Positions 33,560-46,824 of a DNA stretch of 64,000 bases are shown in pieces. Source of the stretch: Nemertoderma westbladi. Taxonomy: Eukaryota > Animalia > Xenacoelomorpha. The notes beneath the pieces were generated by a model, which made no database searches, was not told the origin of the DNA, and saw only the letters and a list, made by a program, of their open reading frames with translations. The translations under genes were made by a program, and so were the position numbers. Within the stretch, counting starts at the first letter, position 1. Each line of letters begins with the position of its first letter. Location of the stretch: positions 1 to 64,000 of the forward strand of contig JAUCBJ010006281.1 of NCBI GenBank assembly GCA_032718475.1. The letters are read 5' to 3'.

Positions 33560-35595
33560 GACGTACTGAAGAAAACTTCGACACAATTATTACTGGTGAT
33601 ATAAATATCAACCTACTGGGTAATTCCAAATCTCAAATACAGTAGGAATATACTAATTTACTGAACTCCTATGGATATATACAAATTTTAAACCATCCAA
33701 CTCGCATTGAACCTAAGTTGAATTCTGCAACTCTCTCTAGACCACATAATTACAAACATTACTACCGCAGTTTCGAATGCGGGTACTTTTAATTACAAAA
33801 TAGGCAACTGCGATCATCACGCGACTTTCATTGTCCTTCAACAATTTAATTGTGTTTTTAACATTCCAAAACCTCGCACATCTTATGACTTTTCGAAATT
33901 CGACGTTAAAAGCTTTCTTTGGGATATTAACTTAACTTCCAATTGGACTTACACTGACGAATCAATTCCTTTGCATTTAAAATTTGACCACTTTTACAAA
34001 GACTTTACGAAAATATGTACCGACAATTTACCTTCTAAAACTTACAACCTCAATAATCGACCGATTAAACCTTGGATTAGTGACAGCTTACTCAAATCCA
34101 TTCGTACAAAGGACAAACTGTACCATAATTATCTAAAAACAAAACCGAAACCAATCGCCAATTGTTCACCATTAACCGTCTAACTTCAACTCTGAGAGCA
34201 GCTGAAAAAATATTTTTCACAACAATTTGACAATAACTCAAACAATATTCGCAAAACATGGTCTATCATCAATTCTGTTTTACAAAAATCTTCATCGAGA
34301 TCATCTCCAACAAAACTAGTCATTAAAACTGATTCTGACACAAAAATTATAACTGATCCCTGGGAGATTACCAACGTCTTAAATTCACATTTTGCAACAG
34401 TAGGTTCTAAACTGCAGAATACTTTACCTACCAGAAACTCTTAGGCATTTATCTCAGACTCGCCACAATTCCTTTTCTCATATGGAAACTTCACTGGTCA
34501 CTGGTTGAAATACAGTATAGAATTATTCGCCTTAAATTAAATTCCAGTTCCAATAATCAATCCTTTTCCTCCTAAACCCTTTACAATCACAACTGAACAG
34601 CTTTCTTTTATTTTACTTGATTTATGTTACTTATTTAATATTTCAATCTCTGCCAGCTTCCCAACTCCTTAAAAATTGCTAAAGTAATTCCCCTTTTCAA
34701 ATCGGATGACCCTTCTGACTCCAACAATTACCGTCCCATATCTCTCCTTTCAATTTTAACCAAAATCCTAGAACAAATTTTAAACGAAGAAATTTTAAGC
34801 GAACAATTACAGTCTTACTTACCTTTACAAATGCAACCTAATTACTAGCTCTCAATACGGTTTCCGTCCCAAAACTTCCACATTGCATGCTCTGCTTTCA
34901 ATATCCGAAAAAATGTACACTATGCTTGACTTCTATCAGACAAATTGTGCAGTTTATATTGACCTTAAAAAGGCCTTCGACACTGTAGACCACAAGATCC
35001 TTATTAAGAAACTTGATGCCTATGGTGTTAGAGGTATCCCTCTTAAACTAATTTCGAATTTTTTATCCAATCAGAACCAATTTGTCTCAATTGACGGCAT
35101 TAACTCTACTTTATTACCGATATCATATCGTGTACCACAAGGATTTTGTCTCGCCCCGACACTCTTCCTCATTTGTATTAATGTCACCACCGACTTACTT
35201 AGCTCAATTTTTGCAGACGACAAGACTTTACTCAACTCCCATTCAAACATTGACCTCCTAGTCTCTACCACAAACAACGAACTTTCAAAACTCAATGACT
35301 GGCTAACCGATAACAGACTAGGCCTACTCATCAATTAAAAAAAAACCGAATAGGCCTAGACCATTTTTCCAATATTGCCACTACAAATAAAATCAACCAT
35401 CAATCAAAATCAATAATACTGAAATTAAACAAACCGCAAATACAAAATTACTGGGTATTTGGTTAGATGATAATATGCAATGGAAAACACATACTAAATA
35501 CATACTTAAAAAAAATTATAAATCTACCGGTATCTTTTATAAACTTCGGCATATCTTTCCTCTTAACATCCTCTGAACTCTAAATTTTACATTCA
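33560..35595 (+). mobile_element. Second decayed CR1/L2-group LINE ORF2
   Basis: IITGDINI, HPTRI, KPWI, NYRPISLL, QYGFR, IDLKKAFDTVDH, FADD; many disruptions. Confidence 0.9.
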
Positions 35596-35921
35596 ATTGA
35601 ACGAACGAACAAAAAAAGGTCGTCCTTATTCATAGCAGCATTTAAAAAAATATTATTTTCCGACTTTTAAGACTATGACTTTTCAGCTAATTTATAGAAA
35701 AATGATCATCCTCATCATCATTAACCAACAAGCAAAATAGTATTCGTGAAATCTGCCAACACATTATTATTATTACAAACAAATTATTTGCGAGGTTGAA
35801 TTGAAATATTTACTTGATTAATCATACAAGCTTTTTTTAAATAAATTAAAATACACTGCTTTAGTAATGACCATCACTACCAAATAGATTTGGCTTGACT
35901 AGCCTGTCTCCAAGCCAACGT

Positions 35922-36669
35922 CATTAAACGTAATTAACCAACATTACTGACTTTACTTTGGGGTTTTCCTGTATTGATCACTATAGCAAAGGTTTTATCA
36001 GAGACTTACACCCCACAAACTACAAAAAAATATATAGAATCAGGACATTTAGCCCAAAATTAGTATAAAGCCGCTAGGGCCATCAAAATCAAACAAACAT
36101 AAAATATAAAATAAACAAATATAAAACCCAAACATAATACACTAAATGATACCGGTAGTTTACTGCACATAACTAAGCCTATATTATGTAAGAAAATATA
36201 TGGCATTTTGTAGCCGCAAAAAAGAAATGGAGCAAAGGCAAAAAATAATTAATTTATCAAAAATATGGTTGCGTTTCGGTGTCTGAAGACCACAGTACGC
36301 TGCTAATCTCCGACACCTCATCAGCTGGGTAATTAGCGAGTACCTATCTATACTGCACCCATGACCTAGTCAATCGCACCAATCAACTCTGTTACCAATT
36401 ATCCCCACAGACATCTGACCGTAGAACTTTGAACCCACACTGTTGATAAATCAGCAATACCCATGGAATACTGTTAGGTCGCTAGAGCATACACAAACAG
36501 TAAAAACAATAATAGATTTAAAACACCATGCAGTAATGTCGCAGATTGCTCTATACACTCATACATTAAACGCAATTAACCAACATTACTGACTTTGGGG
36601 TTTTCCTGTATTGATCACTATAGCAAAGGTTTTATCAGAGACTTACACCCCAGAAATTACAAAAAAATA
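35922..36669. repeat. About 105-bp direct repeat (35922-36032 and 36564-36669)
   Basis: CATTAAACG...GGGGTTTTCCTGTATTGATCACTATAGCAAAGGTTTTATCAGAGACTTACACCCCA present twice with few differences. Confidence 0.9.
36271..36330 (-). ncRNA. Hammerhead ribozyme catalytic half (core intact, cleavage strand missing)
   Basis: Minus strand ACCCAG-CTGATGA-GGTGTC...GACACC-GAAACGC with an extended stem II. Confidence 0.7.
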
Positions 36670-36785
36670 ATACGCGGCCAACTAGTAGATCCAGTGCAGA
36701 GGAGATGCGACCTGCAATTATTATAATTATATAATTACTATAATTTGCGGCGATGAATAGAATATTCTCCTCACACCAGGAAATG

Positions 36786-36919
36786 GACCAATTATCGAGT
36801 CGCATATACATTTTCTAGGAATGAACTGCACTATTGGTTAAACTTACTCTTTGTTATAATTTATCCGCCCAATGAGACTGCCAAATGGTTACTCACTGTA
36901 AACCAAAATGTGTATAAAA
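36786..36919 (+). promoter_or_regulatory. Putative core promoter of GPCR copy 2
   Basis: ACCAATTAT, CTATTGG (36831), CGCCCAATGAGAC (36866-36878), TATAAAA (36913); same order as copy 1. Confidence 0.65.
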
Positions 36920-37006
36920 GTTCTAACAACGATGAAATGACAGAGACAGTAGAATTATTTTCCAAATTAATATTTCTATATTAAAATTTCCGAGCGTCAC
37001 TACAAC

Positions 37007-37085
37007 ATGGAAGGAAATTTGTCACAAACAGGGATGATTGAAATTGCTAAGAAACTTCCGACATATATGATGGCAACTAGTATGG
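37007..37085 (+). CDS. GPCR copy 2 exon 1
   Basis: MEGNLSQTGMIEIAKKLPTYMMATSM, donor GTATGT; intron start GTATGTTGATAT shared with copy 1. Confidence 0.85.
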
Positions 37086-40000
37086 GTATGTTGATATCAT
37101 TACAGCAATATTAATATAATATTAATAATAATATCCTTTATTCCATTAAAATTCAAATAGAAAATTCAAAAAATAAACTGATATGGTCAGGTAAAGATAT
37201 AGGATCACCCCTAAAGCTATGCAGCAAAGCAGGGCTCCTCTATGTTACTTTGTTACCAATGCGTAAAACTTAAACCGAGAGAGTGGTAATGCTCGTCTCA
37301 GTGACGAATATGTGTAAACATGAAGTGGGGCCTTTGCGTAGCACGTAACGTGAACGTCAATATTGATTATGTTACTGGTGGGTTTATTGGTATAGTTGTT
37401 TCATTATTGTGTATTCATTAGCTACATCAAGTATCACCTTCCTTTCTTTAGGTGTGGTGTATTTGACTTATTAGTAGTTCGCTATCATCAATGTACTTGA
37501 GATAGTTTATTATATTGAATCTAATATACAATGTGTGACCAGAGTGAGGTTGATTAGACAGAGAGGTATAAATTATCATCTAAAGACGTGCACAATGATA
37601 TTTTATGGATTTCCAAACTGAATCTACTCACAATATATACTGAAAAAATTTTGCCACCTGACTGAAGAAAGGGGGTAATCCATGTTTTAACATTAATTTG
37701 TTCAAAATGAGGTCACATGGACTAAAAGCAACATCGAATATTGACTTCTGAATATTTTATAGTAGTTAAAAGTAGCGCGGACGCTGCAATTAACGACAGG
37801 AAAAAATTGGTTTCATTCACATTAAAAAGTTCGCAAAGATATAAATTGAAAGCTTTTTCCTTTTCTGGTGATGGTACTGTAACATTATTATTGAAAATTA
37901 TTGGGTGGATTTTGAACTGTACGTACATCTTTACAACCATCAAGGGCGTGCAAATAACCCACCATTGTTTTCTAATAAAAGTGGGGTAATAAAGTTTGTC
38001 AGATGATTAAGAAAAATAATATACTTTAGCCAACTGACTTTATATGTTTGTTTATTAAGGGCACTACAAAACTTGTCCAGATTTGCTGAGTTTGGCTACC
38101 TACGAAATACTTCCCGGTTTGGACAATATATTTTTTGACGTCCGTGGTGAATCCCCCCAAGCGGCACTCAAACTCCTATACACATTACATAGCAAGCTGA
38201 TGCTGTCTATGGACTGTCAATGTTAACTGTGACTGTTAATGTGAACCACATTTGTTGTAGATAGTTAATGTTGTACCCCAGATAATTGAGTTATTGGAAT
38301 CAGTACTAGACCGATAATTCCACACCAGGACAATGATTATTGGAATCAGTACTGGGCCGATAATTCCACACCAGGACAATGTCAGAGACAAAGACAACTT
38401 ATTATTACACTAGTAAAGGAATTAGGAAAAGTGAATTTGTTCCAAGTGATTTACATGCCGTGAAAGTTTATTTTTCGGACCATGCCCCTTCATTTCATAG
38501 TTGGAGTTTTTCAGCTAATCCCCAAATCTTCAAAGTCTAGTTAACAGAAGTTCTTTCCATGACCAAGAAGGACATCAACTGACTGAACATCTACCGGCAT
38601 ATACAAATAGACCAACATTGGATGTGTAGTGCGCCCACACTACTGCGTATTTGACTCAAGTTCAAGTTCATTTATATTTATTCCCCATTAAACAACAAAT
38701 TAAACAAAAATTAAAATACAATATAAGAAAAGAAATGGAGGAGACAGCGTGTAGCGCAATGGCAGCACTAGTTTACAGTGCCACCCTAAAAACAAATATA
38801 TATTTGGTAATAATGAAAATGGCGCACTGCAGGTTATCGTATCCGTTAAAGTATTCAGAGAAATACAAGAGAAGAAAGATACATATCACTATTCAGAGAA
38901 ATGTAAAAGGTACCGGAGTAATAAATTTTAGTATTTTAATTAATGAATTTGGCATTTAACTTATTATATGTTACCGTATAATGTCAAGCAGAGATAACCG
39001 GACAAAAAAAATTACCGAGAGAAAAATTCCAAGAATTTGACGAAAAAACAATTATTAAAAAATTACCGCATATTAATAAATTTGCAGACTATGACACAAA
39101 TATTGCAATGTATGTAACCTAGGAAATGGACGTTCTAACTACAGGTATAATCGCTTAAAATCAGAACAAATTATTATTATTATTAAAAACAGAACAAATT
39201 ATTAATATTATTAAAATTATTACAAAGTATGGTACTGTAAAATGTATGTAAAGTGTTATGTAAAGTGGCCCCGCGCCCGAGTAGTACTACTATTTATGGA
39301 ACGTGACCCCGCGCCCAGGTAGTGCTACTAGTTATGAAACGTGACCCCACGCCCGGGTAGTGCTATTAGATATGGAACGCGGCCCTGCGCCCGGGTAGTG
39401 CTACTAGTTATGGAATGTGGCACCACGCACGGGTAGTGCGACTATTTATGCAATGTGCCGGGTAGTGTGGTTCTACTATTTATGGAATGTGCTGGGTAGT
39501 GCTACTATTTATGAAATGTGACCCCGCTCCCGGGTAGTGTGACTATTTATGGAATGTGTCTGGTAGTGGTGCTACTATTTATGGAATGTGCTGGGTAGTG
39601 CTACTATTTATGGAATGTGCTGGGTAGTGCTACTATTTATGGAATGTGCTGGGTAGTGCTACTATTTATGAAATGTGACCCCACGCCCGGATACTGCAAC
39701 TATTTATGGAACGTGATCCTGTGCCCGGGTAGTGCTATTAGATATTAGATATGGAACATGGCCCCGGACCTGTGTAGTGCTACTATTTATGAAATGTGAG
39801 CCCACGCCCAGGTTGTGCTACTAGTTATGGAACGTGATCCTGCGCCCAGGTAGTTCTACTATTTATGGAACGTGATCCCGCGCCTGGGTAGTGCTACTAG
39901 TTATTGAATGTGGCCCCAATCCCGGGTAGTGCGACTATTTATGGAATGTGCTGGGTAGTGGTGCTACTATTTATGGAATGTGCTGGGTAGTTTCTACTAT

Positions 40001-43000
40001 TTATGAAATGTGACCCCGCGCCCGGGTAGTGCTACTATTTCTGGAATGTGATCCTGTGCCCGGGTAGTGCTACTATTTATGGAACGTGATCCCGCGCCTG
40101 GATAGTGCTACTAGTTATGGAAGGTGACCCCAGTGCTACTAGTTATGGAACGTGATCCCGTGCCCGGGTAGTGCTACTATTTATGGAACGTGATCCCGCG
40201 CCTGGGTAGTGCTACTAGTTATTGAATGTGGCCCCAATCCCGGGTAGTGCGACTATTTATGGAATGTGCTGGGTAGTGGTGCTACTATTTATGGAATGTG
40301 CTGGGTAGTTTCTACTATTTATGAAATGTGACCCCGCGCCCGGGTAGTGCTACTATTTCTGGAATGTGATCCTGTGCCCGGGTAGTGCTACTATTTATGG
40401 AACGTGATCCCGCGCCTGGATAGTGCTACTAGTTATGGAAGGTGACCCCAGTGCTACTAGTTATGGAACGTGATCCCGTGCCCGGGTAGTGCTACTATTT
40501 ATGGAACGTGATCCCGCGCCTGGGTAGTGCTACTAGTTATGGAAGGTGATCCCAGTGCTACTAGTTATAGAACGTGGCCCTGCGCCCATGTGGTTTAAAT
40601 TACAATGAACTCAATAGGTGAAGTTTTAACTTTTTGGAAAATAATTTTTTATTTTTAACACTTTTGATATCTTCGTTTATTTAATGAATTCAAAATTAAA
40701 AGGCCCTTGATATGTAAATGAATTCAGACCACCTGGAGACAAACACGCGGGGTGTAGTAGTTTTTAGAACTTACCGAGTGGGTACAATAAGAGTGTACAG
40801 TAGAAGTTAGCTGGAAAAGGCGTGATAAGGGAGATTCACCTTTGGATACATCGAACATGAGCTTAGCGACCTCGAAGTTATATAGTTCTTCCAGGGGCAG
40901 ATTTTTAATTTTTTATATATCGGGCTCCATACGGCTCAATAGGCCCTACGCCCATCCACACAATCCCTTACAGTAGCCCTATAGGTAGTCTACTAGGACC
41001 TTTATTATTTCTTATATACATTAATGACCTACATAACGCCCTCAATGTAAACACCACTTTATTCGCAGATGATACCACTTTACTTCACTATGCCAGATCT
41101 CTTTCCTCTGTAGTTCCTACCATTTATGAAAACTTAAGCAAACTTTCCGTCTGGCTCTGCGATCACAAACTATCATTGAACTTAAAGAAAACTGAGTTTT
41201 CAAAATTTTCTAACGCTAGGAACGTAGATCATGCCTTAGTGTCTTCGATTAATATTAATGATAACCATATTTCCAGCACCCCATTTGCTAAATACTTTGG
41301 ATACGCATTGATTGTAATCTAACCTGGAGGCCGCATATCAATATGATACTTAGCAAACTATATAAAATTAGTGGCATATTTTATAGGTTAAGGCATGTCT
41401 TCCCCCTACGAATACGAAGACTTATTTTGATGTCTCCAATCCAACCTTACGTGTATTGAGGCATTGCACTATGTGGAAATACATGTATTACAATATTAAA
41501 ACCTTTAAAGTCAAAACTTAACAAAATATTATGGACTATTACTTTTAGTCACTATATAACTAAATAAAAAATCATGTACCCCAATATTTTAAAAACAAAA
41601 CCTGCAGCTTGCCGTAGATACAAAGTTAGAGTTACTAATAGACAGACGATATGTGAAGGAAAATAATCTAATCTAATTTATTGTAGTTAAATGGTTAACC
41701 TGCTTAACTGTCTGACTGCTACCTATTATAAAATGGATGCTAAAACGTTTCTGTACGTACCGTATGCCCGTATGCTAGTAAAACCAAATGGGAAAAAATT
41801 AAATGAAAAAGGGGAAAAAATAAACTTAATTATGCTGCGATTTAAAGGGAAAATACTTTTAACAGAACATAGCCCCCCATACCAACCAGTATATGGACAG
41901 TAGATGTACCACTAGAAAAGAACCTATTTACAGGTATACAAGGCAATGTACGTCAAAATATAAAAAAGAGGAGAAAAACATTGGCATAGGAATAGACAGT
42001 AATGTAGCTACTATGAAATATTTACCAAACAGAGGGAACAAGACAAATTGAGTATACAACACAAACCAAGGGAAAGGAATAACTAAAAAAAATCACGAAT
42101 TGATCATTATGAATCATTATGGTCATATTGACCACTCCCTCTAAAATCTACAAATATTAACGAAAACGTCTGATTTTTTGTTTGTACGTAGGTATCACTA
42201 GTCTGGATCCAACCGAAAAAAAACATTTTCGAAAAAATGTACTGGGGTGGTAATATTGCAGCACCAAAATTACAAGTAGTGCACAATTTTCACAAAATTT
42301 GAAAGTTACATTTTTCGGCTAATTGTTTTTCAATACAGGTTTTCTGGGGCGCAAAATACATTGGAAAATATTTAAAAATTATATGATTACCATAAATGGC
42401 TGTTTAGTCCTATATGCGTAGGAAAAAAATGAAAAAACAAGTAACCAGCACTTTTCAGTTAGAACACAAAATTTTTAATTCACTTATACGATGCTATAGA
42501 TTCACATTTTCAGGTTTTCTAGGGCGCTGATTCTAATGGAATACATTTCAAATATGCCAGATCATTGCGACTTGTATTTTTCGGCGTAATTTGGCATATT
42601 TTGGTGCTAGCACCAAATTTCGTACCCATCACCAAAATGTACAAGTTTGCGATGTCCAGTGCTGTTTTTATTGATTCAGGACCCTCATAAACCCGTATAA
42701 AGCAAGAAACAAGATGATACTATCTACTGATCAATTTACTCATTTTCCAAAATTTGGTGCTGGCACAACAATTTTCACCCACTGGCGAAAAATACAAGTT
42801 TGAAAACTTTTATGAAATTTTTACTGATTCCATTGAATTCAGAACCCTAACAAACCCGTATAACGCAAGAAACAAGATGACACAATCAATTGATATATTT
42901 GATGACTTTCAAAATTTGGTGCTAGCACCACATTTTGCACCCACTTCCGAAAAATACAAGTTTGAGATGTCTAGTTCGATTATTATATATTCCATTGAAT

Positions 43001-46000
43001 TCAGAACAGCCATAAACCTCTAAAATGCAAGAAATAAATTGTCACAAGCAATTTTATCTATTGAATGGATTTTCAAAATTTCGTGCTAGCACCAAACTTT
43101 GCACACAGCACCGAAAAATACAAGTTTTATACGCTTGGTGCAACTCATATATATTTCTTCGAAACGAGAACCCCAAAAAACCCCAATTGCGTAAACAAAC
43201 AAGTTTCAAACAATCAATTTACAAAATTGACATCCTCGGGGAGTAACGAAACCCTCGGCTTCGCCTCGTGTTTGTTAACTGCCCTCGGATAAATAACTCG
43301 TAAAATAACTAAATAACTGGGTGATAAATAATGTTAAAGAAATAGGCTGGTGCCTACTGTCTCCTCGTCTGACAGTACCTGTATACTGGTACGCAAACTG
43401 AAACTAGCACTAATATTTCTGGTACCGGTACTGTACCTACATAATAGTTTCTGGAAACTGCGGCCTAGTGTAATAATGGTTGCCATGTTACCTATAGAAC
43501 TAATAGATATCTTCCCATGGGTGGATAACTGGGTTGCCAGGTTACCCATAGAACTAATAGTTATTTTACCATGGGGGATAACTAGATGATAACTGGGAGT
43601 AAAGGGTGACAACATTAAGTTATTTACTCACAAACGATATAACCACCAACGATATAAGTTGGATCGTTGAAGGGATTGACAATTATCCTGTATTTCAGTT
43701 GAACTACGAGGAAGGAAAATTAAACGTGGAGCGATTCGACGGTTATACTAATAATAGTGTAATAGTTTCAGTTTCGGGACGACCTGTAGTAATCAGAGTT
43801 ACTTATACTAACGTCCACGTTACTAGTGAGAGAGTGGGAGGGCGGGATATAAAACGGGAGGTTGGGGAACACGGGATGAATATTAGGTTAGAGAAGCAGG
43901 GCAATGATGAGTGGACAGTCCTGAATCCATCAATAGTAATACACGAGTACAAGGTTAATGCGGAATCGGACCAACAACAACCAACTGAAGAAGGAAAATA
44001 TATAGTTGAACCTAACGGCCCAACCTCCATCGCACTCAATGTAACCCCTAATATATTACTTACTCTCATCCTATTGTTTAATGTATTATGAAGGAATTAG
44101 CTGAGAATGGAATCTGATTGGCTTATTATTATTGGCTGATTGGCGTTATTTGCATATTTTTTGTAATATAATTAACAACTAAAAATTACTAATTATCTGG
44201 AATCTCCAAAATAATAAGTAAAGATTCGCGCCATAAGATGAATAATGTTTCTATTGAATCAATTGATAATAAATAATTCAATCAATAATAATTATTACGT
44301 TGTTTTTCGTAGATTACTTAACGTGTGCTATGCGAGGAGTACATTTAAGATTACCAATTCAGTGTAATCGATGTATTAAATTTCCTGTTGATCAATATTT
44401 TTACTGTTTTCCGGGTGTGTTTTTCATATGTTTTACTGTTTTGTTTTACTAGTGTTTTCCTAATTTAGAATTATCCTTCTTTTTATACCTAGACTACTGA
44501 TTATCTTATTGGGAATTTGATCCAAAGACAAATTCACAGCCAGCTATATGGGTTTCTAGCATTGAAATATAGTTGTGATCAAATCAGGGGACTTGGTTTT
44601 CTTTCACTCAGGAAGAACTCCAAACCCTAGTAAATCGATTTTAACTATAGAGACTACGAAGTAGGTTTGCTGTATTTTTAGGGTGAAATTTTGCAAATTT
44701 TGCAAATTTTTAAAGGCCATGAGGCTGGGGTAGATTTAAATGAAAATGAAAATATCACATTTTGTGTTTGTTTCCAACCTATTTGACATTATATATTTGC
44801 ATCTTCCTTAATTTTTATCAAATATACAAAATATCTGGGATTTTCAAAACTGGCATTGCCTTCCCAATAATTTGAAATTTTCAAGTGTCGTGAGGCCCGC
44901 TTAGAATTTTTCGAAATTTTTTTGCAAAGTTAGTTTAGACCGATTTGGCATCAGAAAAATAGTGCTTCCCTTAAAAATAAAGAAATTTTTTTTTCACTCC
45001 ACCCTAACGGATACAGCGAAAAGTTATACCCAGCTTGAGAGGGGTTTGGGTTATTGCTATCCTAGCCAATGGGAGATCGCGTGTGCTACTCCTCCATTGG
45101 CTGTTGCCTTGATGAATGTTTCCATAGTTTGCTGGTTATCCAATTATCCATCTCTCACTATGTGTTGGCAACGGTTTGTGGTTAGTAGCGATGCCTATAG
45201 TAGGTTGTTATATGCACCAATAAATTCAAATAAATATACACATAGAACAATAGGTTTAACATTTAATACACAATGATAGCTTGCACGGCCATCTAACAGT
45301 CCAGCTTGGTTACTTTGTCAGGCTCCATGGCTGATTGTAAATTGACCTTTGGGGTTGGCATACAATCGGGGTGCTAACAGATTCTCCCACTTTGGTTAAT
45401 ACCTTATCTGAGGTGACATTGGTTTTTGGGGTGATGAAGTGTGTCATGGTTAATCCCGTAATAATATAATTCCATGTAGAAACGTTTGGAACAAAAATGT
45501 GATAATACTACTAATAAAGTGACACAATCGTATTCTCTATTTGTAGCATACCATGCAGCTTTTGACAATGCCAAACTAACTTGTTATTTCTTGCACAGGA
45601 TAAACTGCTCTGCTAAACTTTTCTGTTAAACTTGTTTGGGAAACTACTGGCTCTATTGCTAACTTACTTTTATTTCTTACACAGGATCAACTGGTATGTT
45701 TGTTCTGGCTGCTATTGGGACAATTACAAACTTACTTTCATTTCTCACAATGCGACGAATGCAGCCCCAGAATTCCACAACTATTTACTTGCAGTGTCTT
45801 AGCGTTGCTGATTTCATCTCTCTCATATGGGACACTGTTGTAACTGTTGGTTAGTTTTCTGTCCTGGTAGGCATATAACAATAATTTATATTTGATTGTG
45901 ATTGAAGCACATATACCTTGTGTGCGTTATGTGCATATGTGTTATGCGTTATGCAAATATGTGTATATAGTATATACACTATATACCTTTATGTTACAGG

Positions 46001-46824
46001 GGGGAAACTGGATGCAAATCCCATCACGGTGAATAAATATTTCCTTCAATGTTAAATTATCCATTTAGGGAAAGGAACAGGTAACACTGGCATGTTATTC
46101 TAACCAAAACAATAAACTAAACTTAATAGAACAGGTTATACTTCTAATTTTGGTAGTAATCAGCTATTATGTGCATTAAGTTCCCCTGGTGAGGGATTAA
46201 TTTTATTTTCATTGAAAGACCCCCCTATCTGCCCAATGTAATAATTGTAAAATAAATAAATTATTGATTGTGATGATATAAAATGATGCTATCTATATAA
46301 ATAGATATATCTATATTCTATATAGAGTATATATATCTATATCTATCTATACAATAGGCAACAACTTATAAATTTGAGAAAATGTTTAATTATGTTAAAA
46401 AAGTAAGCAAATGTTCGTGACTCGTGAACTGGCCTAGTGTGTGTGTACAGCTCATTTCGTCATGAATAGTATCTCCCTTATATTCAATAATTTATGTGTA
46501 GATACTGATGTCTATTGTCCGTATTTTACTTCTCTAGTATTATCTTTTGGCTTGAATTCTAATAATAACTGTCATGTAGCCCTCGAATCATAACGTCATA
46601 AATAAATATAAGAGATTTTGCGGAATTCCTGGTATTATTGTAATTGGTACTAAAAATATAATTATTTTTTAGGTCTACAAACTCTTGGGTATAATACTGA
46701 CAGAAGTTCCAGTCTTGCTTGTAAACTGATGATGTGGCATAATTGGGCTTCTAGCATTTCTGCTATATACATACTTGTTGATGTCAGCATTGACAGATTC
46801 ATATATGTCACTTTCCCACTCAAG
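37007..46824 (+). CDS. Class A GPCR paralogue (copy 2), partial; join(37007..37085,45685..45849,46673..46824,...)
   Basis: Exon lengths 79/165/152 and splice phases identical to copy 1; open frame; about 5 aa differences in each of exons 2 and 3; exons 4-6 not found in the window. Confidence 0.88.
39265..40590. repeat. 38/29-bp minisatellite with a 318-bp higher-order duplication
   Basis: Unit GGGTAGTGCTACTATTTATGGAACGTGACCCCGCGCCC; the block at 39867 recurs at 40185. Confidence 0.95.
40975..41560 (+). mobile_element. CR1/L2-group RT 3' relic
   Basis: GSLLGPLLFLIYINDL...LFADDTTL, KLSLNLKKT. Confidence 0.85.
42118..43225. mobile_element. Non-autonomous DNA element with about 160-bp internal tandem subrepeats
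   Basis: 5' part matches 3378-3480; TTGGTGCTAGCACC-type units at about 42601, 42753, 42916 and 43081. Confidence 0.7.
43606..44091 (+). CDS. Orphan ORF (161 codons, GTG start) with C-terminal hydrophobic tail; possible exon or transposon cargo
   Basis: Protein-like composition; ends NGPTSIALNVTPNILLTLILLFNVL; no clear ATG or splice acceptor. Confidence 0.4.
   Translation: MTTLSYLLTNDITTNDISWIVEGIDNYPVFQLNYEEGKLNVERFDGYTNNSVIVSVSGRPVVIRVTYTNVHVTSERVGGRDIKREVGEHGMNIRLEKQGNDEWTVLNPSIVIHEYKVNAESDQQQPTEEGKYIVEPNGPTSIALNVTPNILLTLILLFNVL
44678..45006. mobile_element. MITE with TAGGGTG...CACCCTA termini
   Basis: Right end TTTTTTCACTCCACCCTA also occurs at about 7608-7626 in intron 2 of copy 1. Confidence 0.6.
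45685..45849 (+). CDS. GPCR copy 2 exon 2
   Basis: Acceptor TTACACAG, donor GTTAGT; GSTGMFVLAAIGTITNLL...CLSVADFISLIWD. Confidence 0.93.
46673..46824 (+). CDS. GPCR copy 2 exon 3
   Basis: Acceptor TTTTTTAG, donor GTAATA; ACKLMMWHNWASS...VSIDRFIYVTFPLK. Confidence 0.93.
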
